A stretch of DNA of 64,000 bases from Acidobacteriota bacterium (GTDB lineage: Bacteria > Actinomycetota > Acidimicrobiia > Acidimicrobiales > Ilumatobacteraceae), in NCBI GenBank assembly GCA_018969685.1, contig JAGWXX010000001.1:3223-67222 (forward strand), in the 5' to 3' direction. Below, in pieces: positions 19,052 through 26,899 of this stretch. The notes below the pieces were generated by a model. The model did not search any database, had not been told where the DNA came from, and was given only the letters and a program-made list of their open reading frames with translations. The translations under genes and the position numbers were made by a program. Positions within the stretch are counted from its first letter, which is position 1. Each line of letters opens with the position of its first letter.

Positions 19052-19938
19052 CCCGCGTGTCGGTGGTGGTGCCCACCTACAACCACGCGCGGTTCATCGG
19101 CGACGCGCTGCGCTCGGTGGTGGCGCAGACCTTCGGCGACTGGGAGGCCGTCGTCGTCAACAACTTCTCGACCGACGACACGGTCGACGTGGTGCAGGGC
19201 ATCGGCGACCCCCGCATCCGCCTCGTCGACTTCGCGAACCACGGCATCATCGCCGCGGGCCGCAACGAGGGCATACGGCTCGCGACCGGCGACTACGTGG
19301 CGTTCCTCGACTCGGACGACGCCTGGCACCCCGGGAAGCTCGCGCGCTGCATTGCGGAGCTGGACGCCGGCGCCGACCTCGTCTGCCATGCCGAGCGCTG
19401 GACGGGCGGCGGTCGCCCCGAGCGCGAGGTGCGCTACGGGCCGGCGGAGATGGCCGCCTACCGCCCGCTGCTGCTTCGGCAGAATTGCATCTCCACGTCG
19501 GCCACGGTGGTGCGGCGGTCGGTGCTGGAGCGCGTCGGCGCGTTCGACCCGCGTCCCGAGTTCGTGACCGCCGAGGACTACGAGCTGTGGCTGCGCATCG
19601 CGCGCACCGGCTGCGACATCCGGTTCGTCGACGAGGTGCTGGGGGAGTACCGGCGCCACGAGGGCAACGCGAGCGGCGCGGTGCTGCGCCACTACCGCGC
19701 CGAGCGTGCGGTGGTCGAGCACCACCTCGCCGGAGCGACGGACGTCGGGTTCGCGGCGCGGCGCCGGCGCATCGCGCGCACCGTGTACACGGCGGGGCGC
19801 GGATTCCAGGCTGCGGGCCGCCGCGGTGCCGCGCTGCGCATGTTCGCCGGCGCGCTCGCGCGCTGGCCCTTCGAGCCGCGCACGTGGGCGGCACTCGCGC
19901 TGCTGGCCGTCCCCGGCCGCACGCGGATCGGCGGCTGA
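19048..19938 (+). CDS. Family-2 glycosyltransferase (GT-A fold)
   Basis: GTG 19048 (GTGA overlap). Motifs: VSVVVPTYNHARFI, FLDSDD, AEDYELWLR. Confidence 0.85.
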   Translation: MTRVSVVVPTYNHARFIGDALRSVVAQTFGDWEAVVVNNFSTDDTVDVVQGIGDPRIRLVDFANHGIIAAGRNEGIRLATGDYVAFLDSDDAWHPGKLARCIAELDAGADLVCHAERWTGGGRPEREVRYGPAEMAAYRPLLLRQNCISTSATVVRRSVLERVGAFDPRPEFVTAEDYELWLRIARTGCDIRFVDEVLGEYRRHEGNASGAVLRHYRAERAVVEHHLAGATDVGFAARRRRIARTVYTAGRGFQAAGRRGAALRMFAGALARWPFEPRTWAALALLAVPGRTRIGG

Positions 19939-19940
19939 CC

Positions 19941-20915
19941 GTGGACCTGCGCGCGCTGTACGCGCCCGCCCACGTGACGCACTGGTCGCTGGCGCGCCAC
20001 GCGCTCGTCGAGGCGCTGCGGTCGTGCGGCGCCACCGGCGGCGCCACCGTGCTGCTGCCGTCGTTCGTGTGCCGCGACCTGCTGGGCGCCGTCGCCGCGG
20101 CAGGCGCCCGCCACGCCTACTACGACGTCGACGAGCGCCTGCAGCCCGGGGACCTGCCCGCCGGCGCGCGCGCAGTGCTGGCCGTCGACTACTTCGGGTT
20201 CGCCGCGCCGATGGAGCCGTTCCGCGACTACTGCCGCGCACAGGGGGCCGTGCTCATCGAGGACAACGCGCACGGACTGCTCAGCCGCGACGCGGACGGC
20301 GCGCTGCTCGGCACGCGCGGCGACCTCGGCATCCTCAGCATGCGCAAGTCGCTCCGCCTCGCCGACGGCGGCGCGCTGCTCGACTGCCGGCCCGGTGCCG
20401 CGCACGACGAGCCCGCGTGCGACCCGGACGCGGGACAGGGGGGCGCGGGCATCCGCGCCGCGGTGGCGTCCGTCGAGCGGCGAACCGGACTTCCCGTGAT
20501 GGCCGCGATGCGGGCGGGCGTCCGTGCCGCACGCCGGGCTGCGGGCCGTCCCGCGCTGCCGTCGTCGGGCGACGAGGACGAGCGGCGCGTGCCCGGCGAC
20601 ACCGCGATCTCGTGCTCGTCGCTCGATCGGCTCTCGCGCGCGGATGCGCCGCACGAGGCCGAGCGCCGCCGCGAGCTGTGGCGCGAGGTGACGGCCGATC
20701 TCGACGGCGCGCGCGGCGTGCGGCTCATCCATGACCGGCTGCCCGACGGGAGCGTGCCGTACGGTGTCGCCGTGCACGCCGACAGCGACGACGTCCTGCG
20801 CGCCGTGGCGCGGCGGCACCGCGCGACCGCGATGACCTGGCCCGCGCTGCCCGCCGACGTGGCGCCGACCGCGCCGGCGCACTACCGCGACGTGAGGCTG
20901 GTGAACTTCCTGTGA
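19941..20915 (+). CDS. DegT/DnrJ/EryC1-like PLP-dependent enzyme, short divergent form
   Basis: GTG 19941. VLLPSFVCRDLLGAV, VLIEDNAHGL and GDLGILSMRKS (candidate PLP lysine). Lacks the usual N-terminal ~40 aa and has an atypical Arg/Ala-rich C-terminal half. Confidence 0.55.
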   Translation: MDLRALYAPAHVTHWSLARHALVEALRSCGATGGATVLLPSFVCRDLLGAVAAAGARHAYYDVDERLQPGDLPAGARAVLAVDYFGFAAPMEPFRDYCRAQGAVLIEDNAHGLLSRDADGALLGTRGDLGILSMRKSLRLADGGALLDCRPGAAHDEPACDPDAGQGGAGIRAAVASVERRTGLPVMAAMRAGVRAARRAAGRPALPSSGDEDERRVPGDTAISCSSLDRLSRADAPHEAERRRELWREVTADLDGARGVRLIHDRLPDGSVPYGVAVHADSDDVLRAVARRHRATAMTWPALPADVAPTAPAHYRDVRLVNFL

Positions 20916-22954
20916 GCAGCCCGCAGCGCTGGACCATGCTCGGCGACGCCGACGAGGCGCGCTGGCAGCGCGCGCTGGACGCGCACCCGGGCGCGCCGGT
21001 GTTCCAGCACTGGGGGTGGGGCGAGTTCCAGCGCGGCGGAGGGTGGACCCCGATGCGCCTCATCAGCGAGCCGCGCGACCCGTCGCGCGAGACCGCGGCG
21101 GTGGCGCAGGTGCTGGGCCGCCGGATGCCGGAGGGCACCATGTTCGCCTGGGTGCCGGGCGGCCCGCTGGTGTCCGAGCCGTCGCGCACCGCCGAGATGA
21201 TGCAGACCCTGCACCGCACCCTGCTCGACGAGTTCGGCCGCTGCTACACGCGCTGCAACGTGATGGCGCCGCACGACAAGGGCACGTTCATGATGACGAA
21301 CGCGTCGATGCGGCGCCCGAACCGCCCGGTGAACAGCCGCTACTCGGTGTTCGTCGACCTCACCGCCCCGCACGACGCGTGGCTGAAGTCGATCCGCAAG
21401 AAGCACCGCTACGAGGTGAAGCGCGCCGAGCACTCGTCGCTCGAGTGGACGTTCTCGACCGACGACCTGTCGCTCAGCCTGCTGGCCGACGTGCTGCGCC
21501 AGATGGTCGAGGAAAAGCGCATCGACGTGCCGATCTACTCGTTCCCGCAGCTGGCCGCGATGCGCGGTGCGCTCGGCGACTCGATGACCGTGGTCGTCGG
21601 CCTGCACGATGGCCAGCCCGCCGCCGGCGCGCTCGTGCTGTCGCTGGGCGGCCGTTCGCACTACCTCGCCGCCGGCTCGACGCACGCAGGCCGCAAGGTG
21701 AGCGCGTCGTACGCGATGATGTCGCGCCTCTACCAGCACCTGCAGACGAAGGGGCTCACGACGCTCGACCTCGGCGGCATCGCGCCGAGCAACCGCCGCG
21801 CGGTGGGCGTCGACCACTTCAAGCTGGGATTCGGCGGCGAGGTGGTCGAGTACCTCGGCGAATGGGAGATCGGCTCGGTGCCGGCGCGGCTGCTCGGCAA
21901 CGCCGCCGTGCGCCGCATCATCCGCTCGAGCCGGCCCGCGAAGCCCGAGAAGACCGAGCCGCAGTCGACCGAGTGGTCGACGTGGGAGGGAACCGACCGC
22001 GAGTGGGACGAGGGGCTCATGCACCTGCCCCACTATTCCGTGTACCAGAGCAGCCGCTGGGGCGAGCACCGCAAGGCGTTCGGCTGGCGGCCGATCAAGC
22101 TCGTCGCGCGGCGCAACGGCACCGTGGCGACGATGGTGCAGGTGCAGACGCGCCGCTACTCGCGACTGACGGGCCTGGCGTGGGCGCCGGGCGGACCGGT
22201 GGGCGACGTCGCATCGTGCGGCCCGCTGCTGCGCCGCGCGATCGCGCAGGAGATGGGCGTCCGGTTCGTGCTGCACCGCCTGAACCTCACGCGTCCGCAC
22301 AGCGACGAGGACGCGTTCCGCCTCGAGCGGCTGGGGTGGTCGACGAGCCGCGTGCCGATCCTCTCGGGCCTCAGCCTCGTGTACGACCTGGTGGGGCCCG
22401 ACCGCGAGGCGGCGCTGACGAAGAACTGGCGCCACAACCTGCGGCGCGCGCAGAAGCGGCCGATCACCAGCTACCTGTGGACCAATCCGTCGGCCGACGA
22501 GATGAAGACGGTGTACGACTCGATGCACGCCTACAAGGGCATCGAGCACCTCGCCGGCCAGAACACCGTCGACTCGATGGGCTCGCTGATCGGGCTGTTC
22601 GGCGGGGACTGCCTGGTCGTGCGCTGCGACGACGAGGACGGGAGCTTCCTCGCGCTGCGTGGCGCGCTGGTGATGGGCGACTGGGCGTGGGACACGTTTG
22701 CCGCGTCGACCCCGCAGGGCCGCAAGCTCTACGCCTCGTACCACGCGTTCTGGACGCTCATGGAGTGCTGCCGCGAGCGCGGCGTGCGCAACTACGACAT
22801 GGGCGGCATCGACCCCATCGGCAACCGCGGCGTCTACGACTTCAAGCAGGGCACCGGCGCGGTGCCCACGCGGTTCCTCGGCGAGTGGGAGTTCTCGCAG
22901 CCCCGGCTGCTCGGCCTCATCGCCGGCCAGCGCATCGCCAAGAGGCTCGGCTGA
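20912..22954 (+). CDS. Tandem-duplicated FemAB/CelD-like acyl(aminoacyl)transferase, two modules in one 680-aa protein
   Basis: GTG 20912 (GTGA overlap). The two halves repeat the same motif series: FQHWGWGEFQRGGGWTP / YQSSRWGEHRKAFGWRP, IRKKHRYEVKRAEH / KNWRHNLRRAQKR, LDLGGIAP..FKLGFGGE..LGEWE / YDMGGIDP..FKQGTGAV..LGEWE. Confidence 0.65.
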   Translation: MSSPQRWTMLGDADEARWQRALDAHPGAPVFQHWGWGEFQRGGGWTPMRLISEPRDPSRETAAVAQVLGRRMPEGTMFAWVPGGPLVSEPSRTAEMMQTLHRTLLDEFGRCYTRCNVMAPHDKGTFMMTNASMRRPNRPVNSRYSVFVDLTAPHDAWLKSIRKKHRYEVKRAEHSSLEWTFSTDDLSLSLLADVLRQMVEEKRIDVPIYSFPQLAAMRGALGDSMTVVVGLHDGQPAAGALVLSLGGRSHYLAAGSTHAGRKVSASYAMMSRLYQHLQTKGLTTLDLGGIAPSNRRAVGVDHFKLGFGGEVVEYLGEWEIGSVPARLLGNAAVRRIIRSSRPAKPEKTEPQSTEWSTWEGTDREWDEGLMHLPHYSVYQSSRWGEHRKAFGWRPIKLVARRNGTVATMVQVQTRRYSRLTGLAWAPGGPVGDVASCGPLLRRAIAQEMGVRFVLHRLNLTRPHSDEDAFRLERLGWSTSRVPILSGLSLVYDLVGPDREAALTKNWRHNLRRAQKRPITSYLWTNPSADEMKTVYDSMHAYKGIEHLAGQNTVDSMGSLIGLFGGDCLVVRCDDEDGSFLALRGALVMGDWAWDTFAASTPQGRKLYASYHAFWTLMECCRERGVRNYDMGGIDPIGNRGVYDFKQGTGAVPTRFLGEWEFSQPRLLGLIAGQRIAKRLG

Positions 22955-22956
22955 CC

Positions 22957-24084
22957 GTGCTGCTCTACGCGGTCCAGGCCGCGTTGCTGGGCGCACTCGC
23001 GTGGATCCTCGTCGCGCCCCACTGCCGTCGGCGACTCGTGCCAACCGCAGCCGTGGCGCTGTGGGCGGTGGGCGTGACGGCGATCTTCCGCCGCTACGGC
23101 GCCGACGGGCTGCTCGATTTCTACTCGAACGACCAGCGCTACCACCAGTTCCTCGTCGGCAAGCTGGAGTGGGGCGGCAGGCCGCTGCTGTTCAGCGACA
23201 TCGAGGAGCGCCGCTACACGTACCTCGGCTGGGCCTGGCTCGGCCGCGCCGTCGGCTTCGACGAGGTGCTCGTGCTGAAGTTCGTGGCGCTGGTGTGCTC
23301 GCTCGTCACCTACCGCATCGTCGAGCGCGAGTTGGACACGTCGGGTGCCGGCGCGAAGCTGCGCTGGGTGTGGCTCACCACCGGCCCGGTGATGCTGTTC
23401 TTCAGCCTGCTCGCATTGCGCGAGACGATGCTGGCCATGTCACTGACCTACCTGTTCGTGGGGCGCAACCCGTCGCTGCGGCTGGCGGCGTTCGTGAACG
23501 CGTTCATCCTGCGGCCGCACCTGGGCATCGCGCTCGCCGCGGGCTGGGGGCTGGTGTGGGCGGTGCGGCGCATCCCTGCCGCGTGGCACTCGGTGCGCCT
23601 CGCCGTCACGGCGGTGACCTCGGCGCTGCTGGGGGCGTGGCTGCTCGCCGTGATCGGCCGCGTGGTGGGCTCGTGGACGCCACCGGAGTCCCCATTTCCG
23701 CCCGACAAGGACGCGGTGTTCGGCATCCTCGCCAACCTGACCGGGCTGCAGTTCCTGCTGGTCGACACCGTGACGATCGAGCGGTCGCTGACGAACCTCG
23801 TCGTCACCCGGGCGCTCTTCTTCGAGACCATCGCGGTGCCGACGCTGTTCGCGCTGTCGCTGTTCGTGCCGTTCGTGCGCTTCGAGCGCCTGCGGCTGTG
23901 GGTGCTGGCCAGCTTCGTGATCTACCTGGGCGTCATCACCGGCACCGACTTCACGTCGTTCCGCCAGACCCTGCCGTTCATGCCGACGATGGGGCTGCTG
24001 GTGGTGCACGGGTGGCTGGAGCTGCGCGAGGGACGAAGCGACGCGGCACCTTCGTCACCCCACCAACTCGTCGCGCAGCGCTGA
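22957..24084 (+). CDS. Polytopic membrane protein, O-antigen polymerase/ligase-like (Wzy-type candidate)
   Basis: GTG 22957. About 10 hydrophobic segments with one larger loop. Last gene of the glycan operon. Function assigned by context only. Confidence 0.45.
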   Translation: MLLYAVQAALLGALAWILVAPHCRRRLVPTAAVALWAVGVTAIFRRYGADGLLDFYSNDQRYHQFLVGKLEWGGRPLLFSDIEERRYTYLGWAWLGRAVGFDEVLVLKFVALVCSLVTYRIVERELDTSGAGAKLRWVWLTTGPVMLFFSLLALRETMLAMSLTYLFVGRNPSLRLAAFVNAFILRPHLGIALAAGWGLVWAVRRIPAAWHSVRLAVTAVTSALLGAWLLAVIGRVVGSWTPPESPFPPDKDAVFGILANLTGLQFLLVDTVTIERSLTNLVVTRALFFETIAVPTLFALSLFVPFVRFERLRLWVLASFVIYLGVITGTDFTSFRQTLPFMPTMGLLVVHGWLELREGRSDAAPSSPHQLVAQR

Positions 24085-25509
24085 CATCCTGCTCGGGCCC
24101 GCCCGGAGGTCGCCCTCGCGCCGTGCGACGCGCTCGTACGACCGCCACTCCTCCGTGACCGCGGACGAGTCCCCGCGCGACGCGTGGGCGCGCATCCGCA
24201 GCTCCACCAGCCCCTCGTGGTTGCGGAGCACCGACAGTCCGCGCCCCGTCGCCCAGAACACGTCGTCGATGTCGCCGTGCTCCAGCGCCGCACGGGCCAG
24301 CGCCTCGGTCGCACGGACCACGAGCAGCACCAGCGACGACGTGATCCCCTCCGTGTCCGGCCACAGGTAGCCCGAGCCGGCGAACGGCAGGTCGCGCACC
24401 CGACCCAGTGCCGTCCGCAATTCGTCGCCGTCATCCGGCGAGCGTCGGAACCGCACGAGCGCGGACTCCAGCAGCTCGGCGTCCGACACGACGCTCGGCG
24501 CGAGCCGCAGGCGGTCGTCCGGCGATCGGTCGAGCAGCAGCCGGCCGTCGCTGGTTCCGAGCGACCTGCGCAGATCCGACACGACGTTGTTGAACGTCGC
24601 GCCCCGCACCTCGGCATCCCACATGGCCGTGCGCGCAGCCGATCGTGTCGGCCGGTCCCGGTGGGTGACCAACCACGCCAGCAGTTCCAAGGATCGACCG
24701 CGGGGAAACGTCACCGGCGCGCCGGTCGCGTCCTCCACCTCGACCGGGCCGAGTACGCGGACGACGAAGGTCGGTTGGACCGCCGCGCGCTCGTACCACG
24801 TCGTCGGCACCAATGGACGGGATGCCTCGACGATCAGCCCTGCGGTGCCGTCGTCGTGCGGAACCGCCGGCGCATCCTCGGCCGGGGTCGGGCCCGCCAC
24901 CACCCAGTCGCCGGCGAACGGCATCGCCCCGGAGACGTCTACTCCTGCGTGCCGCGCACCCCTGTCCGCGGATGCAAGTGTGGCAGTGAGGCGCAGCGAC
25001 GCCGCCCGGCTCAATGGCGGCACCACCGCGTCGAGATCGGCGGCGGCGAGTCGCACATTGCGTGCGAGCCCGACCGCACCGACCACCGCTGCAGCACCCG
25101 TCACCGTCGACACGATGGCCACGGGGATCTCGACGGATCCTCGGACCGCCACCGGAGCGTGCGGCGCCGGGGCGTCGTGGATCTGGCCGCCGCCGGGGAC
25201 CGCGACGCACGCCCACACCGCCGCGACGAACACCGAGGGGGCGCCCGCAGCAGACACGGTCGTGGCCTGCGGCGACCTGCCACCGAGTCGGGCGGCGACT
25301 GCGGCAAGGGTGCCGACCGCGAACCACACCCACGCGATCCAGACGACCGCCACCACGGAGCCACCGACGATGCCCGCCACGTCGAAGGGGACCCGCGCCG
25401 CGGCGAGATCCGCAACGGTCGCACGCGGGCCGAGCCCGCCCACCACGAGCACCGCCGGCGTTCCCGCCAGGAACGTCGCCCCGGACACCACCACCAGTGG
25501 CGGTGTCAC
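24055..25509 (-). CDS. Membrane-anchored SARP-type regulator (about 4 TM helices + OmpR-like winged helix + BTAD)
   Basis: GTG 25509 (GTGA overlap with upstream tadE-like stop). Hydrophobic N-terminal ~170 aa, then VVRVLGPVEV...RSLELLAWLV...VVSDLRRSL winged helix and a BTAD-like helical repeat (GLVELRMRAHASRGD). Confidence 0.7.
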   Translation of the reverse strand: MTPPLVVVSGATFLAGTPAVLVVGGLGPRATVADLAAARVPFDVAGIVGGSVVAVVWIAWVWFAVGTLAAVAARLGGRSPQATTVSAAGAPSVFVAAVWACVAVPGGGQIHDAPAPHAPVAVRGSVEIPVAIVSTVTGAAAVVGAVGLARNVRLAAADLDAVVPPLSRAASLRLTATLASADRGARHAGVDVSGAMPFAGDWVVAGPTPAEDAPAVPHDDGTAGLIVEASRPLVPTTWYERAAVQPTFVVRVLGPVEVEDATGAPVTFPRGRSLELLAWLVTHRDRPTRSAARTAMWDAEVRGATFNNVVSDLRRSLGTSDGRLLLDRSPDDRLRLAPSVVSDAELLESALVRFRRSPDDGDELRTALGRVRDLPFAGSGYLWPDTEGITSSLVLLVVRATEALARAALEHGDIDDVFWATGRGLSVLRNHEGLVELRMRAHASRGDSSAVTEEWRSYERVARREGDLRAGPSRMSALRDELVG

Positions 25510-25871
25510 GGCTCGCTCACCGGCTCGGCGGAACGCTCCGCGGCGACCCGTCGCTCCTCCACGCCGAGCAGGGCCAGCAACGGGAGTCGCACGACGATCG
25601 TCGTCCGGACGGTCACGCGCCGCTCCGACGCAGTCACCTCCCCGTCGATGCCATGGCCGGACAGGTACGCGCGCGCGGCGGAGAGCGCGGCGGGACGGTC
25701 GACCGACGGCGAGCCGCTGCGCAGCGACTCGAGGTGCTGCACCCCCGCGCGCGCCGCGTTCTCCGCGTGGTCGCCCGCCGCCACGGCGGCCGCCACGACG
25801 CGTCCCCCATCGACCGCCAGTGCCGTGCACGCGACGAACCCCATTGCGAGCGCCACCACGAGCGCGGACAC
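25506..25871 (-). CDS. TadE-like pseudopilin (Rv3654c-type)
   Basis: GTG 25871 preceded by GGAGGAAGG SD. N-terminus EEGSVSALVVALAMGF hydrophobic helix typical of TadE/TadF-like proteins. Confidence 0.65.
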   Translation of the reverse strand: MSALVVALAMGFVACTALAVDGGRVVAAAVAAGDHAENAARAGVQHLESLRSGSPSVDRPAALSAARAYLSGHGIDGEVTASERRVTVRTTIVVRLPLLALLGVEERRVAAERSAEPVSEP

Positions 25872-25897
25872 CGAACCTTCCTCCGTCCCCCGGTGCG

Positions 25898-26296
25898 TCA
25901 CCCCGCCCTCCACAGGTCGATCACCTCCGTCGATCGCGCCTCGAGCCGGCGCGTCCGCACCCCGAGCAGCTCCAGTCCCGCGATCCGGACCGTGCATTCG
26001 ATCTCGACCATGACGGCCCGCACCGACGAGTCGCCGTCGACTGCGACGTTCACCAGGGGCTCGGTGCACGACGAGCCGGAGCCGACGAGGTCGTCCCGTA
26101 CCGCGCGCTCGCCGACGTCCTCCATGCGGTCGGTGCGCACCATCGACGCCGCGCGCGCCCCCTGGTCGGCCGCGTGCCGCAACTGCACGAGCGCCTCCGC
26201 CGAGCGGCCCGCGTGCACCACCGACATCACCAGCACGACGAGCAATGGCGCCAGGAGCACCATCTCGACCGTCGCGCTTCCCCGTTCGGCCGTCAC
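25898..26296 (-). CDS. TadE-family pilus assembly protein
   Basis: GTG 26296 (GTGA overlap with upstream stop). ERGSATVEMVLLAPLLVVLVM signature N-terminus. Confidence 0.75.
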   Translation of the reverse strand: MTAERGSATVEMVLLAPLLVVLVMSVVHAGRSAEALVQLRHAADQGARAASMVRTDRMEDVGERAVRDDLVGSGSSCTEPLVNVAVDGDSSVRAVMVEIECTVRIAGLELLGVRTRRLEARSTEVIDLWRAG

Positions 26297-26706
26297 CGTT
26301 CGTCCTCGTACCGGTACCGCTCGAGGGGCTCGCGGACGGAACGGACCGCGGTCCGCGGGAGGAACGGGGCGATCGGCGGGACGTCGATCCACACCGACAC
26401 CTCGATCCACTCCCCATCGACGAGCGCCACCGGCTCGCGCGCCGTCCGCGAGGACAGGCTGACGACGGTCGCCGACGCGACCGCCACCGCCTCCTCGCCG
26501 CTGCCGCCACGCGCGGCCCCTGCTGCCGCGCCGCGGGACGCGGCGACCGCCGCGACCTGCGCCCCGTGCAGGAACGCCGCCGCGTGCACCGCGATCATCA
26601 GCACCGCGAAGACCAGCGGAACGGCGATCACCGTTTCGGCGGATGTCTCGCCGCGCTCGACGGACGGCTCAGCCAAGGTCGAGGGAATTCGCCTTGTCAC
26701 GGACAC
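26293..26706 (-). CDS. TadE-family pilus assembly protein
   Basis: ERGETSAETVIAVPLVFAVLMI N-terminus. Start uncertain: GTG 26706 or 26700, or TTG 26676, which would overlap flp by only 8 nt. Confidence 0.65.
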   Translation of the reverse strand: MSVTRRIPSTLAEPSVERGETSAETVIAVPLVFAVLMIAVHAAAFLHGAQVAAVAASRGAAAGAARGGSGEEAVAVASATVVSLSSRTAREPVALVDGEWIEVSVWIDVPPIAPFLPRTAVRSVREPLERYRYEDER

Positions 26707-26854
26707 GGTCGGTGATGGTGGCTGCGACGGCGATGGCGAGCGCCACGAGGGCCGCCGCCATCACGATGGTCGTGGCACTCACCTCTCCGCGCTCGACGTC
26801 GTGCTCGGCGGAGGCGCGGAGGCGGATCCAGAGGTACCGGGCGATGTGCTGCAT
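26669..26854 (-). CDS. flp: Flp-family type IVb prepilin (61 aa)
   Basis: ATG 26854 with GAAGGGA SD. Charged leader, then ERG/EVSATTIVMAAALVALAIAVAA hydrophobic core. Lies between tadC and the tadE genes. Confidence 0.7.
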   Translation of the reverse strand: MQHIARYLWIRLRASAEHDVERGEVSATTIVMAAALVALAIAVAATITDRVRDKANSLDLG

Positions 26855-26899
26855 GTCATGGTTCCCTTCGTGTGGTTGATGGTGCGATGTGTGGATCGA

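Noticed and set aside
19941-20915. The DegT-like gene as a pseudogene, because it is short and N-terminally truncated with an odd C-terminal half.
   Set aside because: The frame is intact and coupled to both neighbours, and it keeps the core motifs including a candidate PLP lysine. It is treated as a divergent functional gene pending profile and structure checks.
26669-26706. The 38-nt overlap between flp and the first tadE gene as evidence of a frameshift or fused gene.
   Set aside because: It is more likely an over-extended tadE start. An in-frame TTG at 26676 reduces the overlap to 8 nt, and the conserved ERGETSAE N-terminus begins after it.
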